Assembly: GCA_965248575.1 (NCBI GenBank)
Contig: CBDFJQ010000002.1
Coordinates: forward strand, 896,001-960,000
Direction of reading: 5' to 3'
Length of the DNA: 64,000 nucleotides
From: Planctomycetota bacterium
Lineage (GTDB): Bacteria > Planctomycetota > B15-G4
The position numbers and the translations under genes are program-made. Shown piece after piece: positions 29,494 to 39,855 of this stretch (position 1 is the stretch's first letter; each line of letters begins with the position of its first letter). The notes beneath the pieces are model-generated. The model did not search any database. It saw only the letters and a list, made by a program, of their open reading frames with translations, and had not been told where the DNA came from.

Positions 29494-32400
29494 ATGCCGC
29501 CCTATGCCGAGCTCTCGTGCCAGTCCGCGTTCAGTTTCCTGCGTGGAGCCTCCGAACCGGAAGCCTTGGTGGAACAAGCCCATGCCTTGGGATATCGGGC
29601 CTTGGCCCTCACGGATCGTGACGGCCTCTATGGTTGCCCTCGTTTTCATGCCGCAACGTCGAAGATGTCTTTACACGGTGTGCATGGAACAACACTCACC
29701 CTCGCGCCGTTACCGGCACCGGCACGCGGGAAAACCGTGTGCAACGGTCGCCCCGAATCCGCGGACGACCGGATCGTCTTGCTGGCAGAGAACGGGTCCG
29801 GGTGGCGGAGCTTGTGCCAACTGGTCTCCGCCGCACGTCACCGCAGCCGCAAGCAGCCCACGACCACCGTCGCCAGCTTGAGCGAAGCCTGCGGGCCGGG
29901 GTCGGGTTTGCTCCTGCTCGCAGGGCCGCATCTCCCTGAGCCTGCGTTGGAGACGCTTGTCGATACCGCAGGGCGGGACTGCGTATGGCTCAGCGTTCAT
30001 GACCGGCTTCTGCGTCGCGACCGCCGCGGGCAAGCGCTGCAGCGACAGCGTTCGAAGCGCTTCACCCTGCCCTTGCTGGTCACAGGCGGCGTGCGCTTCG
30101 CCCGCCGCGGCGACAAGGCACTGCACGACGTGCTCACCTGCGTTCGACATCGCACCACCCTCGAACAAGCCAGCACCCGCCTGCTCCCCAACGCAGAGTT
30201 CTGCCTGCGCCCTGTCGCCCGGATCGAGCGCCTGTTTCGACACATGCCCGAGGCCGTGCAGCGAACCCTGGACGTCGCTGAGCGCTGCCAATGGGACCTT
30301 GCCGACCTGGCCTACCGCTTCCCCTCCTATCCCGTTGCGGAAGACGAGACGGTCTTCAGCGCCTTGCACAAGCACACCCAGGAGGGGGCACGAAAGCGTT
30401 ACCGGCCGCTGACTCCTGCCGTCGCGCGGCAGCTGGCCAAGGAGCTGGACCTGATCGAGCGACTCGATCTCGCCGGCTACTTCCTGGTGGTGCACGACAT
30501 CGTCGCCTTCTGCGAACGAGAGGGGATTCTCTGCCAAGGGCGCGGCTCCGCTGCCAACTCGGCCGTGTGCTACTCCCTGGGGATCAGCTCGGTCGACCCG
30601 GTGGGGATGGAACTGCTCTTCGAGCGCTTTCTCTCGGAGGAGCGGGGCGAGACACCGGACATCGACCTGGACATTGCACACCAGGACCGCGAGCGCGTGT
30701 TGCAGTACGTCTACACGCGTTACGGGCGGGAGCATGCAGCCCTGGCGGCCGAGGCCATCACCTGGCGGACACGTTCCGCGGTGCGCGATGCTGGCAAGGC
30801 CCTCGGGTTCTCGAAGGCAGAGGTCGACGCCCTGGCGAAGGGTGTCGACCGGCGTTTCGACAACGACCGCCAAGGGGGCGACGGAGTTCCTGCCGGTTGG
30901 GCGCAGCATGCCGGGGACGCACGCCTGCCCTTGCTCATGCGGCTGGTGCAGGCCATGCACGGCCTGCCTCGCCACTTGTCGATCCATGTGGGCGGAATGG
31001 TCATCACGGGGGCGCCGCTCACCGACTCCATGCCGGTGGAGCCCGCCGCCATGAAAGGACGCACCGTCGTGCCCTGGGACAAGGACGATCTGGCAGGGCT
31101 CGGGATCATCAAGATCGACTTGCTGGGCTTGGGGATGCTCACCGTCATCGACCGCTGCTTGAAGTCCTTGCGCACTCAACCGGACACCGCGGACTGTTCG
31201 CTCTATACGGTGCCCACGGAGGACGAGCCCACGTGGGACATGTTGTGCGAGGCGGACACCGTGGGCGTCTTCCAGGTGGAGTCCCGCGCTCAAATGAACT
31301 GCTTGCCGCGCCTGCGCCCGCGAAGCTTCTACGATCTGGTGGTGGAGGTGGCCCTGATCCGCCCCGGGCCGATCCAAGGCGACATGGTGCACCCCTATCT
31401 GCGCCGCAGGGCGGGGCGTGAGGCGGTCACCTATCCGCACCCGCGCCTGGAGCCCATCCTGAAACGCACCTTGGGCGTGCCCTTGTTCCAGGAGCAGGGC
31501 ATGAAGATCGCCGTGGCAGCCGCCGGCTTCACGGCAGGCCAGGCGGATGAACTGCGGCGGGCGATGGGCCACAAGCGCAGCCACGAGCGCATGGCAGCTC
31601 TTTCGAAACGCCTCGTGGACGGCATGCTGGCCAGCGGCATCCGACACGAACTGGCGGAGCGCATCCTGCAACAACTCTCCGCCTTTGCGGACTACGGCTT
31701 TCCCGAATCGCACGCAGCTTCCTTCGCGCGCCTGGTGTGGGTTTCGGCCTGGCTCAAACGCCACCACCCTGAGCACCTCCTGTGCGCGCTGCTCAACGCA
31801 CAGCCCATGGGTTTCTACGCGCCTAGCGTGCTGGTCAGTGATGCCCGTCGGCACGGAGTCCAGGTCCTGCCGGTGGACGTCCTGCAGAGCTCGTGGGAAA
31901 GCCGGCTGCAGTGGGTGGAGGAAGAGCGCGCGCCCAAGCTGTCGGTGCGGCTGGGCCTCTGCACGGTGCGGGGTCTCGGGGAGGCGCATGAGGAGGGCGT
32001 GCGGAACGGGCTCGAGTCGGTCCTGGACCTCGGCCCCTTCCTGGGGCCCGAGGACTTTGCGAAGCGTGCCGGCTTGGGCCGCCCCCAGATGGAGAACCTC
32101 GCCCGCTCGGGCGCCTTGCGCGGTTTCGAACTGCGGCGTCGCGAAGCCCTGTGGCAAGTGGCCCAGATGGCCCGGCAGGTGCCCGGGGCCCTGGCCGATG
32201 CCCTGCCCGTCGAACAGGACGTCGCCCTCCCGCTGATGAGCGAAGTGGAATCCCTGCAAGAGGACTACCGCATGGCGGGGGTCACCTTGGGGCGACACCC
32301 CGTGGAACTCCTGCGCACGCAGCTCGAGAGTGTGGGCGCGCTACCGGCCGCCTCCCTCAGCACGCTGCCCGGCTCCCGCGGCAGCGTGTGGGTTGCCGGC

Positions 32401-32658
32401 ATGGTGATTTGCCGCCAACGCCCTCCCACGGCGGGCGGTCTGACCTTCCTGACCCTCGAAGACGAGACGGGCTTCGCCAACCTCATTGTCATGCCCGACG
32501 TCGCCCAGGCTTCAGCCGAAGCCATGCGCGCCTGCCTCGTACTCGCCGAGGGCCGGCTCGAACGAGCAGACGGCGTCCAGAATGTCCGCGTGCAGCGCTT
32601 GCTCGCCTTGGACGGACGGACACACATCGAGGGCATACGCAGCCACGACTACCACTGA
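29494..32658 (+). CDS. dnaE2: Error-prone DNA polymerase III alpha (DnaE2/ImuC)
   Basis: YAEL---S-FSFL-GAS-PE, GRGSAANS-VCY, PDIDLD, PRHLSIHVGG, FQVESRAQ, YGFPESHA-SFA, RQRP-TA-G--F-TLEDETG, C-terminal SHDYH. Confidence 0.97.
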   Translation: MPPYAELSCQSAFSFLRGASEPEALVEQAHALGYRALALTDRDGLYGCPRFHAATSKMSLHGVHGTTLTLAPLPAPARGKTVCNGRPESADDRIVLLAENGSGWRSLCQLVSAARHRSRKQPTTTVASLSEACGPGSGLLLLAGPHLPEPALETLVDTAGRDCVWLSVHDRLLRRDRRGQALQRQRSKRFTLPLLVTGGVRFARRGDKALHDVLTCVRHRTTLEQASTRLLPNAEFCLRPVARIERLFRHMPEAVQRTLDVAERCQWDLADLAYRFPSYPVAEDETVFSALHKHTQEGARKRYRPLTPAVARQLAKELDLIERLDLAGYFLVVHDIVAFCEREGILCQGRGSAANSAVCYSLGISSVDPVGMELLFERFLSEERGETPDIDLDIAHQDRERVLQYVYTRYGREHAALAAEAITWRTRSAVRDAGKALGFSKAEVDALAKGVDRRFDNDRQGGDGVPAGWAQHAGDARLPLLMRLVQAMHGLPRHLSIHVGGMVITGAPLTDSMPVEPAAMKGRTVVPWDKDDLAGLGIIKIDLLGLGMLTVIDRCLKSLRTQPDTADCSLYTVPTEDEPTWDMLCEADTVGVFQVESRAQMNCLPRLRPRSFYDLVVEVALIRPGPIQGDMVHPYLRRRAGREAVTYPHPRLEPILKRTLGVPLFQEQGMKIAVAAAGFTAGQADELRRAMGHKRSHERMAALSKRLVDGMLASGIRHELAERILQQLSAFADYGFPESHAASFARLVWVSAWLKRHHPEHLLCALLNAQPMGFYAPSVLVSDARRHGVQVLPVDVLQSSWESRLQWVEEERAPKLSVRLGLCTVRGLGEAHEEGVRNGLESVLDLGPFLGPEDFAKRAGLGRPQMENLARSGALRGFELRRREALWQVAQMARQVPGALADALPVEQDVALPLMSEVESLQEDYRMAGVTLGRHPVELLRTQLESVGALPAASLSTLPGSRGSVWVAGMVICRQRPPTAGGLTFLTLEDETGFANLIVMPDVAQASAEAMRACLVLAEGRLERADGVQNVRVQRLLALDGRTHIEGIRSHDYH

Positions 32659-32743
32659 GCAAGCCAAACCTGCCGACGAGGACGTCGCCGCCGAGCCAGG
32701 CCCCCGTTGCCAAGCCGGGACACCTGGGGCCCGCGCGAGACGC

Positions 32744-35700
32744 CTACTGGCGCGTGAAGACTTCCAGGATGGAGGAGACGCCGTTGCCGGACTGCGTGGC
32801 ACCTGCAGGCAGGAAGATGCGGCTCTCGAAGAGCACGGGGAAGCTGCCGTGCCGAGCCGTCGGCATGGCCGCTTCCAAGCGCCAGGTGTTGCTCACCGGG
32901 TCGTAGACATCCACCCGATCGTAGGCGCCCGAGGGAGTCGCGCCGGGGCCATTGAGGGTCTCACCGCCGAAGACGTAGAACTCCCCAGCGGAGTAGACCG
33001 CCTTGCCGGCGCCACCGCGCCCGATGGGCATGGGGGCCAGGGTCGAGCCCATGTCGTTGCTCGACACCCAGGTGTTCGCCACAGGGTCGTAGATCTGGAT
33101 GTCGGCGAAACCATTGGCCAGGACGTTCGTGTCGCCGCTGCCGGGCCCGCGTCCGCCCAGCACATAGAGCATGCTGCCATCCGTACCGGCGGCCGCGTGG
33201 TTGCGGGCGTCGATCATGGGGGCCAAGGGCGCCGACCAGGAATCCATGACGGGGTCGTAAGCTGCGACCTGATCGGTGGTGAACAGGTTGTCGACGATGC
33301 CACCAGCGACGTAGATCAGACCGTTGATCACAGCCGAGGAACAGGACGAACCGTTCCAGGGCATATCGGTGCCGGTCGTCCAGGTGTCGAGCACCGGGTC
33401 GTAGATCTGGACCTTGCCCTCGGCGTTGTCGTTCTCACCACCGAACAAGTACAGCTTCCCGTCAAAGACCTCGGCCGTGTGATGGTGCCCCTTGTACGGG
33501 CGCTTCGGCGAGGAGGGGGCGCTCCACGAATCCGCTTCGATGTCGTAGATGTTGGTGTTGTCCCGGTTGTCGCCGACGACGTAGATCATGCCGTCGATCA
33601 CTCCACCTGCGACCTCACCCAGCGACCAGTTCATCTGGTCCACACCAGGAATCCAGCGGCCGGGCTCATTGCCGGCCGGGACGAAGAGGTAGCGGAAGGC
33701 GCCAGGCAGCGTCGACTGCTCGGGGCCGGAGGTGACCACCACGTCCAACAGATCCGTCGTGGGCGAGATGGCAGCGGGCACCGTGCCGTAGATCCGACGG
33801 CTGGTGACCGACGTGAGCGCGGCGGGGACGCCGCCGATGGTCACGGAGGTCATCGCCAAGGTGCCGAAGTTCTCACCGCCAATCACGAAGTCCGTCCCGC
33901 CCGTGGCCAGGGCGCGCCACGGGAAGATGTCGTAGGCCGTCACGCCGACGGCGCCGATGTCATCCGGCTCAAGGACGTCGACCTGATTGCCCTGATACTT
34001 CAGCCCGATGATCACACCGCCGGGGCCCGTCATGACACCCAGCGAATCGGTGCGCGGCTCGATGTTGGAGACGGCGGTGGTGGAGCGGCCATCGTCTGCA
34101 ATCTCCACACGGCTCAGGTAACCCTTCCAGCGCTGCACGAGCAGGTCGCCCTGCATCTGCCCACCGAAGGTCATGGCGCGGTACTCCGCGATGCCATTGG
34201 TGGAGGAGCTGTGGCTGGAGAGACGCTGACGGAACTCGCCGGGGATCGAGGCGATGGCACCATCCCGATAGACGTACTCACGGCTGTCATAGCGACCACG
34301 GTTGCGGTTGGCGTGGCCGTAGTAGACACCCTCTTCGATGAGCAGCAGCTCGTCGGAGTGAGCTGCGTTTCCACTGTCGCTGGCGGGGCCCGAGGAACCA
34401 TTCCCCAGGCCACCATTCGGACCATTGTCCGTCGCGTAGAGGTAACCGTTGGTCGCCAGCGCCATGTCGAAGGCGTTGCGCAAGCCGGGGGCGTGCACGC
34501 TGACATGACTGCCGGGCGTGACGTCCACGTCTTCGCCGTTGCGCTGATCGGTGTCCGGCATCCCGCTCAGGGTGTCCTCATAGAGGATCACACCATTGAA
34601 GGACGGGTTCGAAAGCTCAGCCTTGAGGATGGCCCCGGAGAAGGGGGATTCGGGCAAGTCACCCATGAGCGGATCGGCGATGCCTGCGTTCGTGTTACCA
34701 CCCGTCGCGATGAGCAGATCACCGTTGTGATCGAAGACCAGCCCGTTGATGGCGTGGTCGTGGTTGCTCACGGGAAGCCCGGTGATGAGCGGCACGGGCG
34801 TGTCGAAGTTGGGCCCCGTCAGCGTGCTCACCTGCCCGTTGTAGGGAGCGGGACCGGTGGGGGTCGTGCCGCCCTGGGCGTAGAGCTCAGCGTGGGCCAC
34901 GTAGACCGTGATCGGGCTCACACTGTCGAAGGGGCTGAAGGTCAGCCCCATGATCTCCGGGTTCGCCTCGAGGGAGACGCCGGTGTACAGCACCTTCGAG
35001 ACCTCGTTGTAGTCCTCGTCGACGGTGATGGCCACGACCACCCCGGTGCGCGTTCCGACGTAGAGACGTCCATCGGGACCCCAGGCGCCACAGGTTGGCA
35101 AGTTGGGGAAGAAGCTCGTCAGGGTGTTCTTCGTGAACACGATCGGGGGGGGAGCCGATTCGGTGTACTCGAACATCATCGAGTTGCTGATACCGGCCGG
35201 AGTCTCGACGCTCACCGTGATGAAGCCAGCGGAGTGTGCCGGCGTGCTGAGCATGATGTTGTTCACGTCGATGCTGCTGAAGTCGGCCAGCACGAGGTCG
35301 TCGGCACCCCAATGAACCACGACGCTCGCCGCGGGGAAGAATCCCGCACCCTGGATCGTGATCAAGTTGCCGCCCGACGTGCTGCCCGAACCGGGCATCG
35401 TGTTGACGAAGGGAACGGCTCCCGTCTCATCGTGGGTCAAGTCCTCCTCGGCCACGGCGACCGGGACGTTGCCATCGGGAGCCATCAGGACTTCCACCGG
35501 CAGGTCGCCGAGGGCGTCCACGGCGAAGCGGGCCTCGATGGCGGCCGGGCCGACCGGGAGGGTCACCGGGCCTACGTAGGGCAGCCCGTTCACGAAGAGA
35601 CGGTTGTCCACGCCGCCCACCGTGCTGAACACGTAGTCATCTGCCACATCAATCTGCACGTTGCCCGTAAGCTGCGCGACGACCAGCTGCGTGAAGGGGG

Positions 35701-37753
35701 AGCCACCCACATTGGGGCTGGCATCGACCAGCATCTGGCTCGCCACTTCGATCCAGTCCGGGTCAGCGGGCAGCGTGTCCAGGATCGTGGCGGGAAGCGC
35801 AGGGTCGGTGTCGTAGTAACGCACCTCCACACCCGGGACGGTCATGGGCGTCACGACCTTCACGTCGGCGCAGCCCGTAAGGGACTCCGCCGGAACGTTG
35901 TCGTCTTCGATGACCAGGCAGATGGAGTGGTCGCCCACCGCAAGGTTGAGGGTCGCCAGGTCACCCGTTGCCAAGGTGGTGGGGCCGTCCTTCCACGTCC
36001 AGGAGGTCAGGTCATGACCTGGCTCGTGCGTGTGGGAGAAGCTGCCGTCGACATCCACATCCTCGAATCCGTCACCGTCGTAGTCCACCGCAGTGGCCAC
36101 GGGATCGATGACCACGTGCAGGAAGGGGTGGCCGCCGACTCCGCCCGTGCCGACCAGGTTGACGGTCTGGCTCGTGAAGTTGCCGTTGATGCTGAGGTCC
36201 ACGTCGTTCGAACCGTGTTCGCTCGGAGCGAAGATCACATCCAAGGGGGCCGTAGCACCAGGCGCGAGGGTCAGGGTCGCCGGCAGATTGATGCTGTCTT
36301 CGTCCCCGATGTAGTTGTTGCCATCCATGTCGAGCTGGAACTCATGGCCCGCACCCGCATTGACCGTGAAGTCCACCGAGCTGACATCCAGCGAAACTGT
36401 GCCGGTGTTCTCGGCCGTCAGGTTGAGCGTGGTGGAGTTGCCTTGATCCAGGAAGCCGAAGTCATGCGCGAGGGTGGGCGTGATCTCCAACTCGGCGAAC
36501 TGAAGCCGGGCCTCGATGGCCGAGACGATGCAGGCAGCTGCGACCGCGGTGAAGTCGAGATCCAGCACGCCATCCGCGACGGTGGCGATGAAGGTCTCCT
36601 GGTGCGCCGTGTCCTGGCCCACCAGCGCGAAGATATCCAGGTCATCCAGGACCAGGGCGCCTTCCGCGCTGATGTCCATCACCCGCTCCAGCGCCGCGCT
36701 GGCGGTGAAGTCAGCAAAGTGCAGCGTGACCTCATACTGGCCGTTGGGGACCCCTAGCGCGTACTGGAAAGCGAGGCCCGCGCGGTAGCTCTTGTAGAGA
36801 TCAGGATCCGCGGTGCCTGCCACGGAATCCCCGATCAACACCTCGACACCACCTGTGAACCCGTAGTCGGCCGCCCACATCTGGAAGCCGCTGTCGAGGA
36901 AGATGCTGTCCGTGCCGGAGCTGATCAGGATGTCTGCGCCGGGAGCGCCAAGCCCAACGCCGGTCAATGGCACGATGGGATCGATGTCGAAGGGGATCAG
37001 CGTGTCATGCACGATCTGCAACTTGCTGGAGCGAGCACCCGGTGCGCCCGGAGTGAACGTCACCTCGACGTCTTCGCTTGCTGCAGGCGCAATGACGAAG
37101 GGTGGCGCGCCGGACGAGAAGACCGCCGAGAAATCAGAGGCGTCGCCATCGAAGACGACCGCATCGTTGACCTGGTAGGGGATGTCCGAGTTGTTCGTGA
37201 GCGTGATGATCTGCGACGCGCTCGTCGAGCCGATCTCCCGCGCGGCGAAGTCGAGTTGCAACGGCGACGGGTCCACGGTCGTCTCGAGCAGCAATTGGAG
37301 AGCTTCCGAGATCACGATGCTTGCGGGGCTGAAGGACTCCACGATGGCGAACTGGAACACCAGCTTCGGGCCCAGGTAGTCCGGCACAGTGAAGTAGAGG
37401 TGGATCTCGCCCTGCGGATCCGTCGGGAATTGGATCGTGATGATGGGCTGCACGTTGATGGTGCAATCCATGCCGACCCCGTCGATATGCCCCACGGGGA
37501 TCTCGAGCAGGGTGCCATTCACATTCGTGTTCTTGGTACCCACGGCGAGGGCTACCAAGGTGCTCGGAGGGAGACCCACCAGGTGGATCACGGCGTTGCC
37601 ACCAGGAGTCAGGCTGCCCCCGAATGTGACCGCTGGAGGAGGGCTCAGCCCTGCACAGCCAGGCGCGTAAATGGACGCCTGGGCAAAGACCCCGGGCCCA
37701 ACGACCAACAGGGCCAAAAGGGGGAGAATCACACGACGGAGAGAGTGTGTCAT
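32744..37753 (-). CDS. Large secreted multidomain protein: Ig-like (ASH/choice-of-anchor D), malectin, PKD-like, PA14-like, IPT/TIG, sorbosone-dehydrogenase-like beta-propeller, IPT, Kelch repeats
   Basis: Signal peptide MTHSLRRVILPLLALLVVGPGVFA; malectin LY-SYR-G...VPNG-Y-VTLHFA; propeller WGPDGRLY, GLRNAFD, YATDNGPN; Kelch repeats (GG..YDP...W...MP..R). Start at ATG 37753. Confidence 0.8.
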   Translation of the reverse strand: MTHSLRRVILPLLALLVVGPGVFAQASIYAPGCAGLSPPPAVTFGGSLTPGGNAVIHLVGLPPSTLVALAVGTKNTNVNGTLLEIPVGHIDGVGMDCTINVQPIITIQFPTDPQGEIHLYFTVPDYLGPKLVFQFAIVESFSPASIVISEALQLLLETTVDPSPLQLDFAAREIGSTSASQIITLTNNSDIPYQVNDAVVFDGDASDFSAVFSSGAPPFVIAPAASEDVEVTFTPGAPGARSSKLQIVHDTLIPFDIDPIVPLTGVGLGAPGADILISSGTDSIFLDSGFQMWAADYGFTGGVEVLIGDSVAGTADPDLYKSYRAGLAFQYALGVPNGQYEVTLHFADFTASAALERVMDISAEGALVLDDLDIFALVGQDTAHQETFIATVADGVLDLDFTAVAAACIVSAIEARLQFAELEITPTLAHDFGFLDQGNSTTLNLTAENTGTVSLDVSSVDFTVNAGAGHEFQLDMDGNNYIGDEDSINLPATLTLAPGATAPLDVIFAPSEHGSNDVDLSINGNFTSQTVNLVGTGGVGGHPFLHVVIDPVATAVDYDGDGFEDVDVDGSFSHTHEPGHDLTSWTWKDGPTTLATGDLATLNLAVGDHSICLVIEDDNVPAESLTGCADVKVVTPMTVPGVEVRYYDTDPALPATILDTLPADPDWIEVASQMLVDASPNVGGSPFTQLVVAQLTGNVQIDVADDYVFSTVGGVDNRLFVNGLPYVGPVTLPVGPAAIEARFAVDALGDLPVEVLMAPDGNVPVAVAEEDLTHDETGAVPFVNTMPGSGSTSGGNLITIQGAGFFPAASVVVHWGADDLVLADFSSIDVNNIMLSTPAHSAGFITVSVETPAGISNSMMFEYTESAPPPIVFTKNTLTSFFPNLPTCGAWGPDGRLYVGTRTGVVVAITVDEDYNEVSKVLYTGVSLEANPEIMGLTFSPFDSVSPITVYVAHAELYAQGGTTPTGPAPYNGQVSTLTGPNFDTPVPLITGLPVSNHDHAINGLVFDHNGDLLIATGGNTNAGIADPLMGDLPESPFSGAILKAELSNPSFNGVILYEDTLSGMPDTDQRNGEDVDVTPGSHVSVHAPGLRNAFDMALATNGYLYATDNGPNGGLGNGSSGPASDSGNAAHSDELLLIEEGVYYGHANRNRGRYDSREYVYRDGAIASIPGEFRQRLSSHSSSTNGIAEYRAMTFGGQMQGDLLVQRWKGYLSRVEIADDGRSTTAVSNIEPRTDSLGVMTGPGGVIIGLKYQGNQVDVLEPDDIGAVGVTAYDIFPWRALATGGTDFVIGGENFGTLAMTSVTIGGVPAALTSVTSRRIYGTVPAAISPTTDLLDVVVTSGPEQSTLPGAFRYLFVPAGNEPGRWIPGVDQMNWSLGEVAGGVIDGMIYVVGDNRDNTNIYDIEADSWSAPSSPKRPYKGHHHTAEVFDGKLYLFGGENDNAEGKVQIYDPVLDTWTTGTDMPWNGSSCSSAVINGLIYVAGGIVDNLFTTDQVAAYDPVMDSWSAPLAPMIDARNHAAAGTDGSMLYVLGGRGPGSGDTNVLANGFADIQIYDPVANTWVSSNDMGSTLAPMPIGRGGAGKAVYSAGEFYVFGGETLNGPGATPSGAYDRVDVYDPVSNTWRLEAAMPTARHGSFPVLFESRIFLPAGATQSGNGVSSILEVFTRQ

Positions 37754-37978
37754 CGGAGGATGCTCGAACGCTGTGCAGAGAGTGTGGAAACGAGGAACCA
37801 ATTCGGGTGATCCCTGCGCGAAAGCCTGCAGGGTCATTCTAGCCAGAAATTGGGACTTGGGGCCTCTTTGCTATCGGTCAGCGTGCTTCGCTTGCTGGAG
37901 CGTGGCCAGCGCTCCGCTGGAAGTTCTGGAGCCCCGCTCTCGAGGCGTTTTCACCAGAGATGCGGCCCCTGCCGAAGA

Positions 37979-39778
37979 TCAGAGGTCCCACGAGCGATGC
38001 AGGACGCCGTTGCGCAACACCCAAAGTGGGCGGCCCAGGCGCCGGACGTCCGCCCGTGGGTCCTCTTCCAGGACGAGCATATTCGCCACATAACCCCGGG
38101 CCAGGCAGCCATATGCGCTCTGACCGATAGCCCTCGCCGCGTCGGAGGTGCTGGCCCGCAGCACCTGGCTAGCGCTCAAGCCGGCGTCGCTCATGGCCTG
38201 CAGCTCCTCGACGACAGAGGGCCCATGAAGGGTCAGGGGGTTGCCGGCATCCGTACCCAGCACGACGGGCACGCCAGCCTCCGCCAGCCGGAGCAGGTTG
38301 GCCGCCATGATCTCCCGACGGGCCGCGGCCGCCGAGCGGCGGGCGGGGCTTGTGGCCCGGGTGGGGTAGGGCGTGTTGACGCGCTCAGCCACCCAGGGTG
38401 AAACCCGGCCCAGACTCTCTCGCAAGTGCTCGGGCCACTCGCCAGTAGCCAGGCGCTGGTATCCCTCGGACACGATCAAGGTGGGGCAGTAGGACACGCC
38501 CGAGGCGAGGCAGGCCTGGACGAAGGCCTCGTCCAGCGCTTGATCCTCGACACTGTGGACAAGCAGCTGGGCCCCCGCGGCGACGGCGACCCGCGCCGCT
38601 TCCAGTTGGGTGGCGTGCACGATCAGAGGCACGCCGTGTGCGCGCGCCGCTTCCCCCGCGGCGTGAACAAGGGGAGCCAGCTCGGCGAGGCTCCGATCCA
38701 CCAACACCAACCAGACCTTGATCACGTCGCTGCCGTGCGCCACTTGTGTTGCCACGGCCTCGGTCACGGACTGCACGTCCTGCATGAGGATGAACTGGCT
38801 CTGCGCTGGGAGCCGGAGCTGACTGGGAACCCAACTGGCAAGCAGCGGCCCCGCGGCGCTGACCCGGGGGGCCTCGGCCTGGCCGGTGGTTTCGGCCGCC
38901 ATGCCCCGGGTCCACGGGTATCCACCACAATCGAGGACGGACGTGATGCCGCTGCGCAAGAAGGCGCGGTGGAATCGCTCGGGGTGGCGCTCCAACTCAG
39001 CCATGGTGGCGGCATAGGGAAAGTCCTCGCGCACGTCGAAGGCGTCGGGGCGCCCGTCCGCCCAACCGGTCTGTGAGTAATGAACGTGGGTGTCCACCAG
39101 GCCTGGCGTGAGAAAGCGCCCGCGCACATCGATCACTTCGTAGCCCTCGGGAACCGAAGTGGTTTCGCGCGGGCCGACCGAACGGATCATCCCACCCTCG
39201 ACCAACACAGTCGCGTCCTCGAGCTCGCCACCCAGCCCATCGAGCGCCGTCGCCCCGACGAATGCCAGAGCTGGGGCGGGTGTGCCAGGTGCCTCCGGGT
39301 GAGCTGTGGTGACACCGATGCGCCAACCGTCGGGCGTCTCAAGAAACAGTCGCTCGGAAACACCGTGACTGGCAACACCCCCGAAGACCGCGTGGTACCG
39401 GTAGCTTCCGAACACGACACCCGGACGAATCCAGCTGAGCTGCAGGTTGCGCGACGCCAGGCGATCGGGCCAGGTGTCGTCGAGCGCCGCGGCGAACTCA
39501 TCGAACCCCCGCTCCTGCCCCTCGGAGCCAGCTCGCACGAGCAGCGGACTGCCGAGGTAGCAGCTCAGATAGGCCTCCCGATCTTCGTCTCGGATGGCCT
39601 GGAGATTCCGTTCGAACAGCGCGCGAGCCTGGCTGAGGTCGTCGTCGCGCCGGGCACTCGCCGATGACGAGGCTGCGTCCTGGGGCGGCTCTGCCTGAAG
39701 CGCGCCGACACTTTCTGGCACCGCTGCTGCAAGGGCCATCGCCAAGACAAGACGCCGAAGCTGGAGACATGGAAGCAT
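37979..39778 (-). CDS. Secreted amidohydrolase with N-terminal SnoaL/NTF2-like domain
   Basis: Signal peptide; NTF2-like segment ending GWRI---A; PGLVDTHVH, SG-T-V-D-G, HSV, GTDAGN. Confidence 0.8.
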   Translation of the reverse strand: MLPCLQLRRLVLAMALAAAVPESVGALQAEPPQDAASSSASARRDDDLSQARALFERNLQAIRDEDREAYLSCYLGSPLLVRAGSEGQERGFDEFAAALDDTWPDRLASRNLQLSWIRPGVVFGSYRYHAVFGGVASHGVSERLFLETPDGWRIGVTTAHPEAPGTPAPALAFVGATALDGLGGELEDATVLVEGGMIRSVGPRETTSVPEGYEVIDVRGRFLTPGLVDTHVHYSQTGWADGRPDAFDVREDFPYAATMAELERHPERFHRAFLRSGITSVLDCGGYPWTRGMAAETTGQAEAPRVSAAGPLLASWVPSQLRLPAQSQFILMQDVQSVTEAVATQVAHGSDVIKVWLVLVDRSLAELAPLVHAAGEAARAHGVPLIVHATQLEAARVAVAAGAQLLVHSVEDQALDEAFVQACLASGVSYCPTLIVSEGYQRLATGEWPEHLRESLGRVSPWVAERVNTPYPTRATSPARRSAAAARREIMAANLLRLAEAGVPVVLGTDAGNPLTLHGPSVVEELQAMSDAGLSASQVLRASTSDAARAIGQSAYGCLARGYVANMLVLEEDPRADVRRLGRPLWVLRNGVLHRSWDL

Positions 39779-39855
39779 GGAAAGGATCCTCGCGAACGGA
39801 AGGTCTGTGTCGCACTCTAGGCACCCAGTGCCTCGTCATCTCGCATGAGTCCACC

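Noticed and set aside
32486..36757. 1423-aa ORF on the + strand
   Set aside because: Antisense shadow of the large secreted protein; no recognisable motifs, and high-GC codon bias suppresses stops on the opposite strand
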